Under the pieces are notes generated by a model. It did not search any database. It saw nothing but the letters and a program-made list of their open reading frames with translations, and was not told where the DNA came from. DNA of 64,000 nucleotides from Rhynchopus sp. YZ270_cl-10 (lineage: Eukaryota): contig OZ037843.1 of the NCBI GenBank assembly GCA_964035575.1, positions 868,001 to 932,000 of the forward strand, written 5' to 3'. Position 1 is the first letter of the stretch; the number at the start of each line of letters is the position of its first letter. Shown piece by piece: positions 22,987 through 32,709 of this stretch. A program made the position numbers and the translations under genes.

Positions 22987-24227
22987 GGTATCTGTATGTG
23001 GGACCAAATCCCACAAAAAACCGGGAAAAAAAAAAAAAAAAACTATAGAATTTCGGGATTTTTTGCAATTTTTACCTTACCTTACAGGGTTCTAAGAGGG
23101 GTCCCGAAGGGACTCCAGAGCAACGCGACCCACCATGAAGAGCACGGTCGTCAAGAATCCTAAAAAACGAGTCGGTATTCCGCAAAAAGGGGTTCTTTGA
23201 GTGACTCGTGGTGTAAAAAGCTAGATTTTTACACCGTACCATGAAATTTTTTCGCCTGCGGCGCCATTTTATCTTATTTTTTTTGCTCCGCAAAAAAAAA
23301 ATACAGCTCCCAATGTCTTCCTTTGTCAGTAGCGCTGAATTTTTGGGCGGAAAAACAAGCTGACCCCGATCTTGAAATCTGGATTCCTGGATAGGACACT
23401 AGTTTTCCACACACAAAAACAATGACTGCCTCACACAAAACCATCGTTTTGGTGGGTGCTGGCTATATAAAACCCTGCACACAACCACGCGAAAAACCAA
23501 AAAAAGGGGGTTTCCCACATATTTCCCCCTTTACTGTACCCCCGCCACCCCTATATACATTACTGTTCCTCCCCCTTAAAAAAAAAAACGTTGTTTTTAT
23601 AGAATCCAATAATTGTTTTACTTCCCGCACGATAGATACCAAAACCAGAGTCTTCTCTCCCGCTCCCCCGCCTTCTCCCTCTATTTTGTTCTCTTCAAAA
23701 TCACACCCTCAGTCTTCATTATCCTTATTTATTTTCCCGCTGAAGTAAACCATATTTTCATGATGTAAAAAAGAGTGCATTGTATCATTGTATCATACAT
23801 GGTACACATTGTGCCAGCTTTAGCAGCAACTTTCAACAAGATTGAAGTGACAGACATCTGGCCTGAGGCACTTCTGACAGCACATCGTCACGCTGCTTCC
23901 CGAGGGGAGGGTAAGGGACCCCCTAGACTACCGATCACCTTCACGAGCTGTGTCTGTACTACACAGCACTCTATGCACACCATGTACCACACGCCAACAC
24001 CATGGTGCTTTATTTATGCGATGTTGAAATCGCAAGATGCGTCACCACGTGCCCCTCCTCTCTCTCGTTGTCTATTGTGCGAAGGTGGGTCGGTTCTCGT
24101 AATGAGTGATGTGTGTGGCGCATGCAGGGTGGGTACGAAAGAGCAAAGGGATTTGGGGTTATTGGGATCATCATTTTGTTATACACACACACACAGCAAA
24201 GGGAGAGAGGACACACCCAATAGCACA

Positions 24228-26423
24228 ATGCGCTGTGGCTGTCTTGCGAACGTGCTGTCTCTTGACGAGACGCTAAGCAAAGAGGATGCACGCAAGCGGA
24301 CGCTGTTCTTCGCAATCAATGTCGCAACGTTTGCGTTTATGTTGTTGTTCATCGTCTCCGACCTGAGGCATCTGATGGTGGTGCCGATAGTGGGGGCTTG
24401 CGTGTTCCTGGGTACAGCAACGTCTTTTGTTGGAATGGTGGTGATCCTGTGCCGTGTCAGGATTACCCAAATCCATGTGGTCGTCTGTGCGTGCTGCTTC
24501 GTAGTCACGGTAGTGTTATCAGACCTGGACTCGCGGGCCAAGTCAAGCACCTTCTGGGCACCACTCGTGCTTGTGGTGGACTTCCTTCTTGTGATGCAGG
24601 TGGACGCAAAGTACAGTGTGGGTCTTGTGGCTTGCTCCGTCGTGTGGTTGGTTACAATGGCTGCAGAACAACAGTTCAGGTTTGGGCTGTTTGACATCCC
24701 AGGACTGTCGCCCCAGGATGGTGAGTATGGCAGGCGTGATGCGTGGCGCGAGAAGGTGGAGTGTGAGAAGTTGCCGTGCTCGACGGACGCGTTGCAGGAC
24801 ATGATGAGTGCGCTCATGGTGTTCCTCATCGACTTTGTTGCCACGAGGGGGTTCGCTCGTGTGATCCTGAAGGAGCAGGCATCAATGCAACGCACAATCG
24901 CGACAGTGCAGGACATCGCCTCGCTCCTTGCTGGCTACGACGTGGAGAAGGTGGCGGAGCTGCTGGAGGAGCACGGTGGTGAGCTGCCTGACGGGATGAC
25001 AGAAGCACTGCACGCGTTGGAGCAGAACCTGCGGAAGTACCGTCCCTACCTCCCTGCTGCGCTGTTTGAGGAGGATGAGGACGGTGTGCAGCACACATCT
25101 GTGGCACCACCTGGGCTTGACAGCGAGACAGCAACGATTGTGTTCACAGACATCCGTGCGTCGACGTCGATCTGGGAGAACGCACCTGAGGGGATGCGTG
25201 CTGGACTGCAGATCCACAACGCTGTGATGCGTGATGTGATGCGGATGTGTGGTGGGTACGAAGTGAAGACAATAGGTGACGCATTCATGATTGCCTTTGC
25301 ATCCACTTGCGACGGTGTGGCGTTTGGGTTGCGTGTGCAGGAGCGTCTTTTCGAAGCAGACTGGCCTGCGTCTCTGCTTGAGGATGCACCAATCTGTTCT
25401 CGTCAGGGGTCGCTGTGGGGTGGCCTGACTGTGCGCATTGGTGTGAACACAGGCCCTGTGGCTGTGGAGCAGAACACACTGACGGGACGGATAGACTACT
25501 TTGGACACACAGTGAACGTTGCGTCACGACTTGAGAGCACATGCACGCCCGGTGCTGTGGCTATGCCCTCTGACCTGTGGACGCCTGTGTCTGAGTCGTG
25601 CAGTGCTGTTGCTGGTGTGCCAGAGGCTGTTCACTTGAAGGGTGTGTCTGGGAGCACGTTGGTGTGCTGTGTGTGGCCTGTGACACTTGGGGGACGAAGG
25701 GAAACACCACTTTGCGAGTCTTCTTCGGCAACTGCGAATCTGGCAATGAGTCTTTACACATGCGCGTCGTCTGTTTCACACACAACCTTTGCAAGGACTA
25801 AGGGACGAATGGAACCACCACTTTGCGAGTCTTCTTCGCAAAGTGCCAAACCGAATACGAGTCTTTCCATATGTGCGTCGTCTGTTTCACATAGAAATAA
25901 CCTTGCAGTCTCCACACGCCAGACCTCCGGCACCGTGGGAGTTGCACAGCTTGCAGTTGGTGACGTGGGACAAAACATAGCCTTTCACCAGATGAGCTCA
26001 CGACTCACGACACTGACGATCTCACTGGAGCAGAGTGGAGGGACTCTGGTAACGCTGCTCGGGAACTGTGTCTGTATTGGGTGGAACGTGTCGCGTTCTG
26101 CACCTGCACACATGGAGAACGCGATACGGTTTGTGCAACGCATGTTTGTGAAGCCTGTGAACGGGGTTGGGCTTGCAAGCGGCCCTGTGCAGCACGGGGA
26201 TGTTGGTGCACGGAGCCAGCGCTTTGTGACTGTGATGGGGAATGTTGTGCGTCGGAGTTGGGCGCTGTGCGAGGAGGCTGTGCGTGACGGGGCTGTGTGT
26301 CTGTACGAGCCTCCTGAAGGGACAACACTGCCGACTGCACTTGAAGACGTTCTTGTGCAGCACAAGGGTTGCTACCGGGTGCTTGAGGCACAGAACAACT
26401 GGGAACGCGACAATGTGTTTTAG
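24228..26423 (+). CDS. 6TM receptor-type adenylate cyclase with an intact catalytic domain and a second degenerate cyclase domain
   Basis: TIVFTDIRAST, GYEVKTIGDAFM, VRIGVNTG, IDYFGHTVNVASRLE: both metal Asp, the ATP-specifying Lys/Asp and NxxxR are present. Start at MRCGCL. Confidence 0.9.
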   Translation: MRCGCLANVLSLDETLSKEDARKRTLFFAINVATFAFMLLFIVSDLRHLMVVPIVGACVFLGTATSFVGMVVILCRVRITQIHVVVCACCFVVTVVLSDLDSRAKSSTFWAPLVLVVDFLLVMQVDAKYSVGLVACSVVWLVTMAAEQQFRFGLFDIPGLSPQDGEYGRRDAWREKVECEKLPCSTDALQDMMSALMVFLIDFVATRGFARVILKEQASMQRTIATVQDIASLLAGYDVEKVAELLEEHGGELPDGMTEALHALEQNLRKYRPYLPAALFEEDEDGVQHTSVAPPGLDSETATIVFTDIRASTSIWENAPEGMRAGLQIHNAVMRDVMRMCGGYEVKTIGDAFMIAFASTCDGVAFGLRVQERLFEADWPASLLEDAPICSRQGSLWGGLTVRIGVNTGPVAVEQNTLTGRIDYFGHTVNVASRLESTCTPGAVAMPSDLWTPVSESCSAVAGVPEAVHLKGVSGSTLVCCVWPVTLGGRRETPLCESSSATANLAMSLYTCASSVSHTTFARTKGRMEPPLCESSSQSAKPNTSLSICASSVSHRNNLAVSTRQTSGTVGVAQLAVGDVGQNIAFHQMSSRLTTLTISLEQSGGTLVTLLGNCVCIGWNVSRSAPAHMENAIRFVQRMFVKPVNGVGLASGPVQHGDVGARSQRFVTVMGNVVRRSWALCEEAVRDGAVCLYEPPEGTTLPTALEDVLVQHKGCYRVLEAQNNWERDNVF

Positions 26424-27308
26424 TTGTGCTTTCGACTGCATGCGTTCTGTTGGCAGTTTCGGCCTCTGTGCGTGGGCACAACACTGGCGAAGGCTTGTGC
26501 ACCGTTAGTTGTGGAAATGCACCGAGTTTGTGTTTTATTGTTATTGTTCTGTGCAGCGTAATATTGTCACATTCACATTCACACACATCTTGCCCCTTCT
26601 CCATGAAGCGCCAGTGTACACCTCAGATGCACTGTATTCTTGTTGTATTGTTTTGGGTGGTGTTTCCGTTTGCTCTTAATTTGTTTTTGTACTTTAGTTT
26701 GCCTTGAGATGTGAGGATGCACGATTACACCTACACAGATCAGTGGTCCTCTGCATCTGACACGCCCTGCAGGGTCGTGTGAGTGACGCAGTGTCACTCC
26801 TGTGGAGAGCCTTCCGCACGGCTGTGGCACTGTGGCAGCGCTCTGCAGGGTGTCCTGCTCTCAAGGGTTTTGTTGTCTTCTTCATTAATTGTGATTTCTT
26901 TGTGTTGTTTGTGTGAAGTGGCTTTACAGTCACTACTCTCAATGCAAATGTTATGACTTTACTTTACACCTTCACAACAAGTCTGTCTGCAAAGACGTAC
27001 CCTAATCACAATCATTACACTGGCACAATCTGCGTGTGCTGGAAACAACAAGGGGATCTTGATCTCCCAGGTGGTGAAACTGTTCCCTGTCTTTAAAAGA
27101 GACGGGAGTCAAAAAATTGATACCGTAATTGGTGTGGCTGAAGGGTGATTCGCACTTTTCCGCACTTTCTCGCACTTTTTCCGCACCTATTCGCACTTTT
27201 TCCGCACTTTTTCCGCACTTGTTCGCACTTTTAGCATGTAGGCTTGCTGACTGTCTTTGCCAAATACACAGGCACACAGGTACAGGTACGGTAGGTACCC
27301 ACAGAATA

Positions 27309-28712
27309 CAGTGTGACACAGAATTAATGGCCGATGAAGACATTTTATATAAAAACGGCAAATTTTGACAAGGACATATTCAAAACACCCCCAAAACATA
27401 AAATATTTACGCCCAGGAACACAATAAAAGCAAAAATATAATGGTTAAGGGTAAAGTGAACACTGAGGCCACGAGGGAAGGGTTGCGCCTACAGGCAGCG
27501 TCGCTAGTCGTTGTTGGCGGTAAGAGCCATGATGAGGTGGCGGAGTTGCTGAACGTTGCGAAGAGGAGTTTGGGTAGGTGGGTGAAGGAGTACCGCGCTG
27601 GAGAGCGGAATTTTTCGGACAAGCCAGGGAGGGGACGCAAGAGATCGGCCACCACCGACACCGTTAAGAATAGGGTGGTTAGACACATGCGGGGCAAGCG
27701 GTTTCAGTCTTGCAGGAAAGTATCGTCGCGACTACAGATTTCGAGGGAGAGTGTCCGCAGGTGCCTGAAGGAGAAGGGGCTGAAGCCCGTTCAAACGAAG
27801 AGCAAACCAAAGCTCTCGGAAAAGAACATCACTGCCCGGATAGAGTTTGCTGAAACGCATCGAAACACCGACTGGTCAAAGGTGATGTTCACCGATGAAA
27901 AAGACTTTTGGCTTTTTTCTCGGGTGAGCAAGAAGAACGATGTTGTCTGGGTTGCAGATGGTGATGAGCCGCCCCCAACCGTTGATAAGGTCAGGGCTAC
28001 GCAGAAGGTTCACGTCTGGGGAGGAATCACCACCAGAGGTAAGACGAAGCTCTATTTCTATGACGGTGCTCTCAATGCAGAGAAGTACCGTACGCTCGTC
28101 TTACAGAAAGCGCTCAAAGAAATAAAAGAACTCCTGCCTGACAGTAGCTACACGTTTCAGCAGGATGGGGCACCCTGCCACACTGCGAACGTTACTCAAG
28201 CATTCCTCTCCTCCCAACCTTTCTCGTTCCTCCCTAAAGCTGACTGGCCAGGCAACTCCCCTGATCTCAATCCTATTGAGAACCTGTGGGCCAAGCTGCA
28301 GACTGCAGTCAACGAACGGGAGCCCAAAGACGTGTCAGCACTTAAACGTGCCATCAACAAGGAATGGTCCAAGATGGACAATAGCTTCGTTGCACGTTAC
28401 ATCATGTCAATGCCACGACGCCTAGACGCAGTTCGCAATTCCAACGGAATGCACACAAAATACTAATGCATGCTCTATTTATTTTTGTGCACCCACTCGT
28501 TTGTACTGCTACACTGTATTTTTTTTTTTTACACATACACCCTTTTTTACCAAAAAGGGATATTTCCATGTTAATATTTTCCCCACACACACACTTTTCA
28601 TACACGGCCAGTTGAAAATGCAATGAAATGAGTCAAATTTTGCCTATTTTTTAGAATAATATAACAATTTTTACAAAATGTCATCATCGGCCATTAATTC
28701 TGTGTCACACTG
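27309..28712 (+). mobile_element. Intact Tc1/mariner DD37E (TRT-like) transposon
   Basis: TA TSD, TIR cagtgtgacacagaattaatggccgatga, single transposase ORF. Confidence 0.95.
27441..28466 (+). CDS. IS630/Tc1/mariner transposase, DD37E
   Basis: HTH region, FTDEK, QQDGAPCH, WPGNSPDLNPIE; 37 residues counted between the second D and E. Confidence 0.95.
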   Translation: MVKGKVNTEATREGLRLQAASLVVVGGKSHDEVAELLNVAKRSLGRWVKEYRAGERNFSDKPGRGRKRSATTDTVKNRVVRHMRGKRFQSCRKVSSRLQISRESVRRCLKEKGLKPVQTKSKPKLSEKNITARIEFAETHRNTDWSKVMFTDEKDFWLFSRVSKKNDVVWVADGDEPPPTVDKVRATQKVHVWGGITTRGKTKLYFYDGALNAEKYRTLVLQKALKEIKELLPDSSYTFQQDGAPCHTANVTQAFLSSQPFSFLPKADWPGNSPDLNPIENLWAKLQTAVNEREPKDVSALKRAINKEWSKMDNSFVARYIMSMPRRLDAVRNSNGMHTKY

Positions 28713-29544
28713 TACTGTGTGCTGTAGGTACTGTGTACCTGTGTACCTACACAGGTACACAGACACAGTCAGCAAGCCAACATGGTAAAAGTGCGAATAA
28801 GTGCGGAAAAAGTGCAAAAACCGTACCTACAGTACCTACAGTACACAGTGTTCAACTTTTACAAGGTGGGGTAAAATTTTTTCCGCACCTATTCGCACTT
28901 TTTCAGCACTTTTTCAGCACTTTTCCGCACTTTATGCTCCCCCCCGTTCAGCCACACCAGTAATTGTAAAAATATTGGGACGTAAAAAAGTTGAAACGTA
29001 AAAATGTTGGGCCGTAAAAATGTTGGGACAGCTGGGCGAAAAATTCCCGTCCCAACATTTTTACGGCCCAACATATTTACGTTCGGGAATTTTTACGTAG
29101 ATTTTGTTAGGGAAGATTTGTCTTAGCTAGCAAAAAAAAAAATTTTTTTTTTTCGATTACCTAGCGAGTAGGCGGGTTGAACGTCACTGGCACGTGTCAA
29201 AGTTTTCAAGAGGGCGTGGGAGAAAAACGCTAAGACAAATAGGCTCAAGCCAAAGTAGCCCAAAAAATGTTGGGACGTAAAAATGTTGGGACGAGCGAGC
29301 CTTTTTTGGGCTGTCCCAACATTTTTACGGCCCAACATTTTTACAATTACGGTACTATCGTAGCCACTACCCCTGTGTGATGTACTCAATGACCCGGACC
29401 TCGGCTAATTTGCAGAACGACGGTTTTTTTACACCCCGTCATTGTACCAAGGCAAAGTACACTGTTCACGAGAGGGCTTTGTATTTCAACTCCGTTGCGG
29501 CCTCTGTGCGTATGGGCAGAACACTGAAGCACGATTTGGAAGGC

Positions 29545-30010
29545 TTTAATGTGGTGGGCACACTTGTGCGTGACGTGCATGGGATGAAACGTGCAGGACG
29601 TATCCTTGGTTGCGACGTGCTGTGCAACCGTTTGTGCTTCAGCGATGCTGAGTGCGAACACGACCTGCGTCTACTTCCGTGCAAGGTAGGCGTGTCTGCG
29701 ACCTGTGCGGAACATGAACTGGTGGCTGAGCTTCTTCTGCACGACACACCTTCGGACAGTCCTGCAGAGGAATGGATGTACACCATCGGGAACAGTGAGT
29801 AGGAGCACGACAACACAACAGTGCGGAAGTACCTGAAAGGCGACGTGTCTGCTGCAGCGATTGAAGAGGTTGCATAGGGTTGTTCTTGTTCACGGAGCCC
29901 GTTGAGCGTGCATCCCTCCACAGTGAAGGGCGGGCTTCTGAGCGTGGCCTTGGCACGACCGCTGCAGGACAATGAACGGCTGATGCAACTGGTTTGCTCT
30001 CTCGATGATT
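29545..30010 (+). pseudogene. Decayed C-terminal fragment of a pseudo-cyclase gene
   Basis: VVGTLVRDVHGMKRAGRILGCD..EEWMYTIG followed by in-frame stops; the 5' part is missing next to the MITE nest. Confidence 0.75.
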
Positions 30011-30200
30011 GGCTGATGCACAGTACCTCATCCACACACCTGCATTCTTTTCCAAGAAGTGCATATTTTTGTCTCTTCAATACACACATTCCGTCTTTGG
30101 TATTATGTCTCACCTTCCCCGCTCGCAGCCTCTTGCCCACAGCACCCAGTCCCCACAAGAACCGTACACAGCCAAGAGAGAGGACACACCCAATAGCACA

Positions 30201-31979
30201 ATGCGCTGTGGCTGTCTTGCGAACGTGCTGTCTCTTGACGAGACGCTAAGCAAAGAGGATGCACGCAAGCGGACGCTGTTCTTCGCAATCAATGTCGCAA
30301 CGTTTGCGTTTATGTTGTTGTTCATCGTCTCCGACCTGAGGCATCTGATGGTGGTGCCGATAGTGGGGGCTTGCGTGTTCCTGGGTACAGCAACGTCTTT
30401 TGTTGGAATGGTGGTGATCCTGTGCCGTGTCAGGATTACCCAAATCCATGTGGTCGTCTGTGCGTGCTGCTTCGTAGTCACGGTAGTGTTATCAGACCTG
30501 GACTCGCGGGCCAAGTCAAGCACCTTCTGGGCACCACTCGTGCTTGTGGTGGACTTCCTTCTTGTGATGCAGGTGGACGCAAAGTACAGTGTGGGTCTTG
30601 TGGCTTGCTCCGTCGTGTGGTTGGTTACAATGGCTGCAGAACAACAGTTCAGGTTTGGGCTGTTTGACATCCCAGGACTGTCGCCCCAGGATGGTGAGTA
30701 TGGCAGGCGTGATGCGTGGCGCGAGAAGGTGGAGTGTGAGAAGTTGCCGTGCTCGACGGACGCGTTGCAGGACATGATGAGTGCGCTCATGGTGTTCCTC
30801 ATCGACTTTGTTGCCACGAGGGGGTTCGCTCGTGTGATCCTGAAGGAGCAGGCATCAATGCAACGCACAATCGCAACAGTGCAGGACATCGCCTCGCTCC
30901 TGGCTGGGTACGATGTGGAGCAGGTGGCAGAGCTGCTGGAGGAGCACGGTGGTGAGCTGCCTGATGGGATGACAGCGGCACTGCGGAGGTTGGAGCAGAA
31001 CCTGCGTGTGTACAAGGCGTACCTCCCGCAGACGTGTCTGCCGTTTGAAGTGGAAAAAGGTGGCTTTGCAAAAGATCGTTCCTTATCTCTGTCGCGAGCA
31101 GAGAAGACCAGTGAGACATCTGGAGAAGAGAGCTCCGTGTCTTCAAACTTAAGCTCGTCAGTAACCAAAGTGTTTCGCCCGTTCATTTGTGTGCAGCCTA
31201 TCTGTTTGTCGACTGTGAAGTCGACGCTGCTGACACTGAACATCAAAGACACCCTGCACCGCCTGGAGGAGGACAGTGCACGCTTCTCTGACCTCTTCAC
31301 AACTGTTCTTCTGAAGACCCTGCAGGCAACAGACAGCAGACGTGGGATGGTGGACGTCTTTGTTGGGGACAGGATCCACTGCTCGTTCAACGCGTCGAAG
31401 CAGTGTGCGTCGCACGCAACCTCAGCACTGCACGCTGCCACGCTCCTGATCCAGACCTGCATGGAGGTGGACACATGCGGTATGAACCTTGGTGTTGCGA
31501 GTGGGAAGGTGCTGCGTGGTGACATGGGTTGTGATGTGATGCGTCGCTTCAGCATGGTGGGGACACTTGTGCGTGACGTGCACGGGATGGAACGTGCAGG
31601 ACGTATGCTGGGGTGCGACGTTGTCTGCAACCGTCTTTGCTTCAGCGACGCTGAGTGCGAACACGACCTGCGTCTGCTTCCGTGCAAGGTGGAGGTTGCT
31701 CAAGACTGCGAACCTGAGGTTGTGGCTGAGCTGGTAGTTCCGAAGCACGCACCCCACGCAGCTGCCGTTGATGAGTGGATGTACCAGATCGGAGGGAAGA
31801 AGCACTGGGAGGACTACAACCAGGCAGTGCGGAAGTACCTGAAGGGTGAGGTGTCTGCTGACGACGTCAATAGTGCTGCAGCAACAGACAACCTGGCAGG
31901 CACACCTGTACACGTGGCTGCGCGCTCCTACAAGGATGACGTGCTGCAGTTGACGTGCCATTCAGGAAGGCTTAATTAG
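30201..31979 (+). CDS. 6TM pseudo-cyclase whose sensor half matches the active cyclase at 24228
   Basis: ~30176-30900 matches ~24203-24927 nearly base for base; the C-terminus is of the TLNI/VFVGD/EWMY pseudo-cyclase type. Confidence 0.85.
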   Translation: MRCGCLANVLSLDETLSKEDARKRTLFFAINVATFAFMLLFIVSDLRHLMVVPIVGACVFLGTATSFVGMVVILCRVRITQIHVVVCACCFVVTVVLSDLDSRAKSSTFWAPLVLVVDFLLVMQVDAKYSVGLVACSVVWLVTMAAEQQFRFGLFDIPGLSPQDGEYGRRDAWREKVECEKLPCSTDALQDMMSALMVFLIDFVATRGFARVILKEQASMQRTIATVQDIASLLAGYDVEQVAELLEEHGGELPDGMTAALRRLEQNLRVYKAYLPQTCLPFEVEKGGFAKDRSLSLSRAEKTSETSGEESSVSSNLSSSVTKVFRPFICVQPICLSTVKSTLLTLNIKDTLHRLEEDSARFSDLFTTVLLKTLQATDSRRGMVDVFVGDRIHCSFNASKQCASHATSALHAATLLIQTCMEVDTCGMNLGVASGKVLRGDMGCDVMRRFSMVGTLVRDVHGMERAGRMLGCDVVCNRLCFSDAECEHDLRLLPCKVEVAQDCEPEVVAELVVPKHAPHAAAVDEWMYQIGGKKHWEDYNQAVRKYLKGEVSADDVNSAAATDNLAGTPVHVAARSYKDDVLQLTCHSGRLN

Positions 31980-32709
31980 TATCACTCGAAAAGGCTGGCT
32001 CTACCACCTTGGGTTACGGTGTGCGCCTGACACGACGTCATGTGTACAGCCATTGGATGGGTGGAGGTACCACGAGAACCTACGGGAGGTGGTCTGCTGT
32101 CGACGGCTGTTCACATTACGTTGCCGGTAACCCTCAGCTTTCTTTCACTCACGTCTCACCCTTTGCATGAGCACGACCGAGCTGCGTTTTAACACGTTTC
32201 AGCGTAGCTGATGCGAATGTGATCAAAGTGACTAAGCACGTGAGTCTTAGGGTCATCTTATACACTTTTCTCTTTCTTTGAATATTCTGGTGTTCGCTGT
32301 AAACGTGCGTCTATTAAGCCTACATTGGCTAGCCTGTTCCATTGTTGTGGCAAGGTTTACACCCCGCTACTTAGGCACAGTGGTCCTTGACGAGCAATGT
32401 CAGTTCAAGGTTCCGTTTTCGTTTCCCTCCCCCTCACACCTCCTTATCAATTGGTTTACACAGTACAGTAGAAGGAAAAAAGAAAAAGGAAAGTCTCTCT
32501 CTCTCTCTCCCACATGCCACAATGCGACTGGTCAGGGGGCACAGCCCGCTCACCTCTTCCCAAGATGTAGCAGAGGGATGAGAACTGTGATCTGACCTGC
32601 ATTGGGAATCAGGCAATTTGAGCGAAGGCTCTTTTCCCATACGCAGTGACGGATGGACAATCAAAGGCTGTATCTTCCACTCCCACAACAGAAAACACAC
32701 AAAACACGA

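Larger units (their letters stand above)
27130..28959. mobile_element. TGG..CCA TIR element with 5-bp TSD, host of the DD37E transposon
   Basis: TIR tggtgtggctgaa / ttcagccacacca, TSD GTAAT, internal ccgcactttt repeats. Confidence 0.8.
27123..29352. mobile_element. CCGTA-terminal MITE (TA TSD), outermost of a three-level nest
   Basis: ta|ccgtaat[insert]tgtaaaaat .. atttttacaattacgg|ta; internal aaatgttggg repeats. Confidence 0.75.

Noticed and set aside
23775..24227. N-terminal extensions of the ORF calls (also 30009, 42190, 58893, 10937)
   Set aside because: Non-ATG or non-conserved starts; paralog homology begins only shortly before the downstream ATG.
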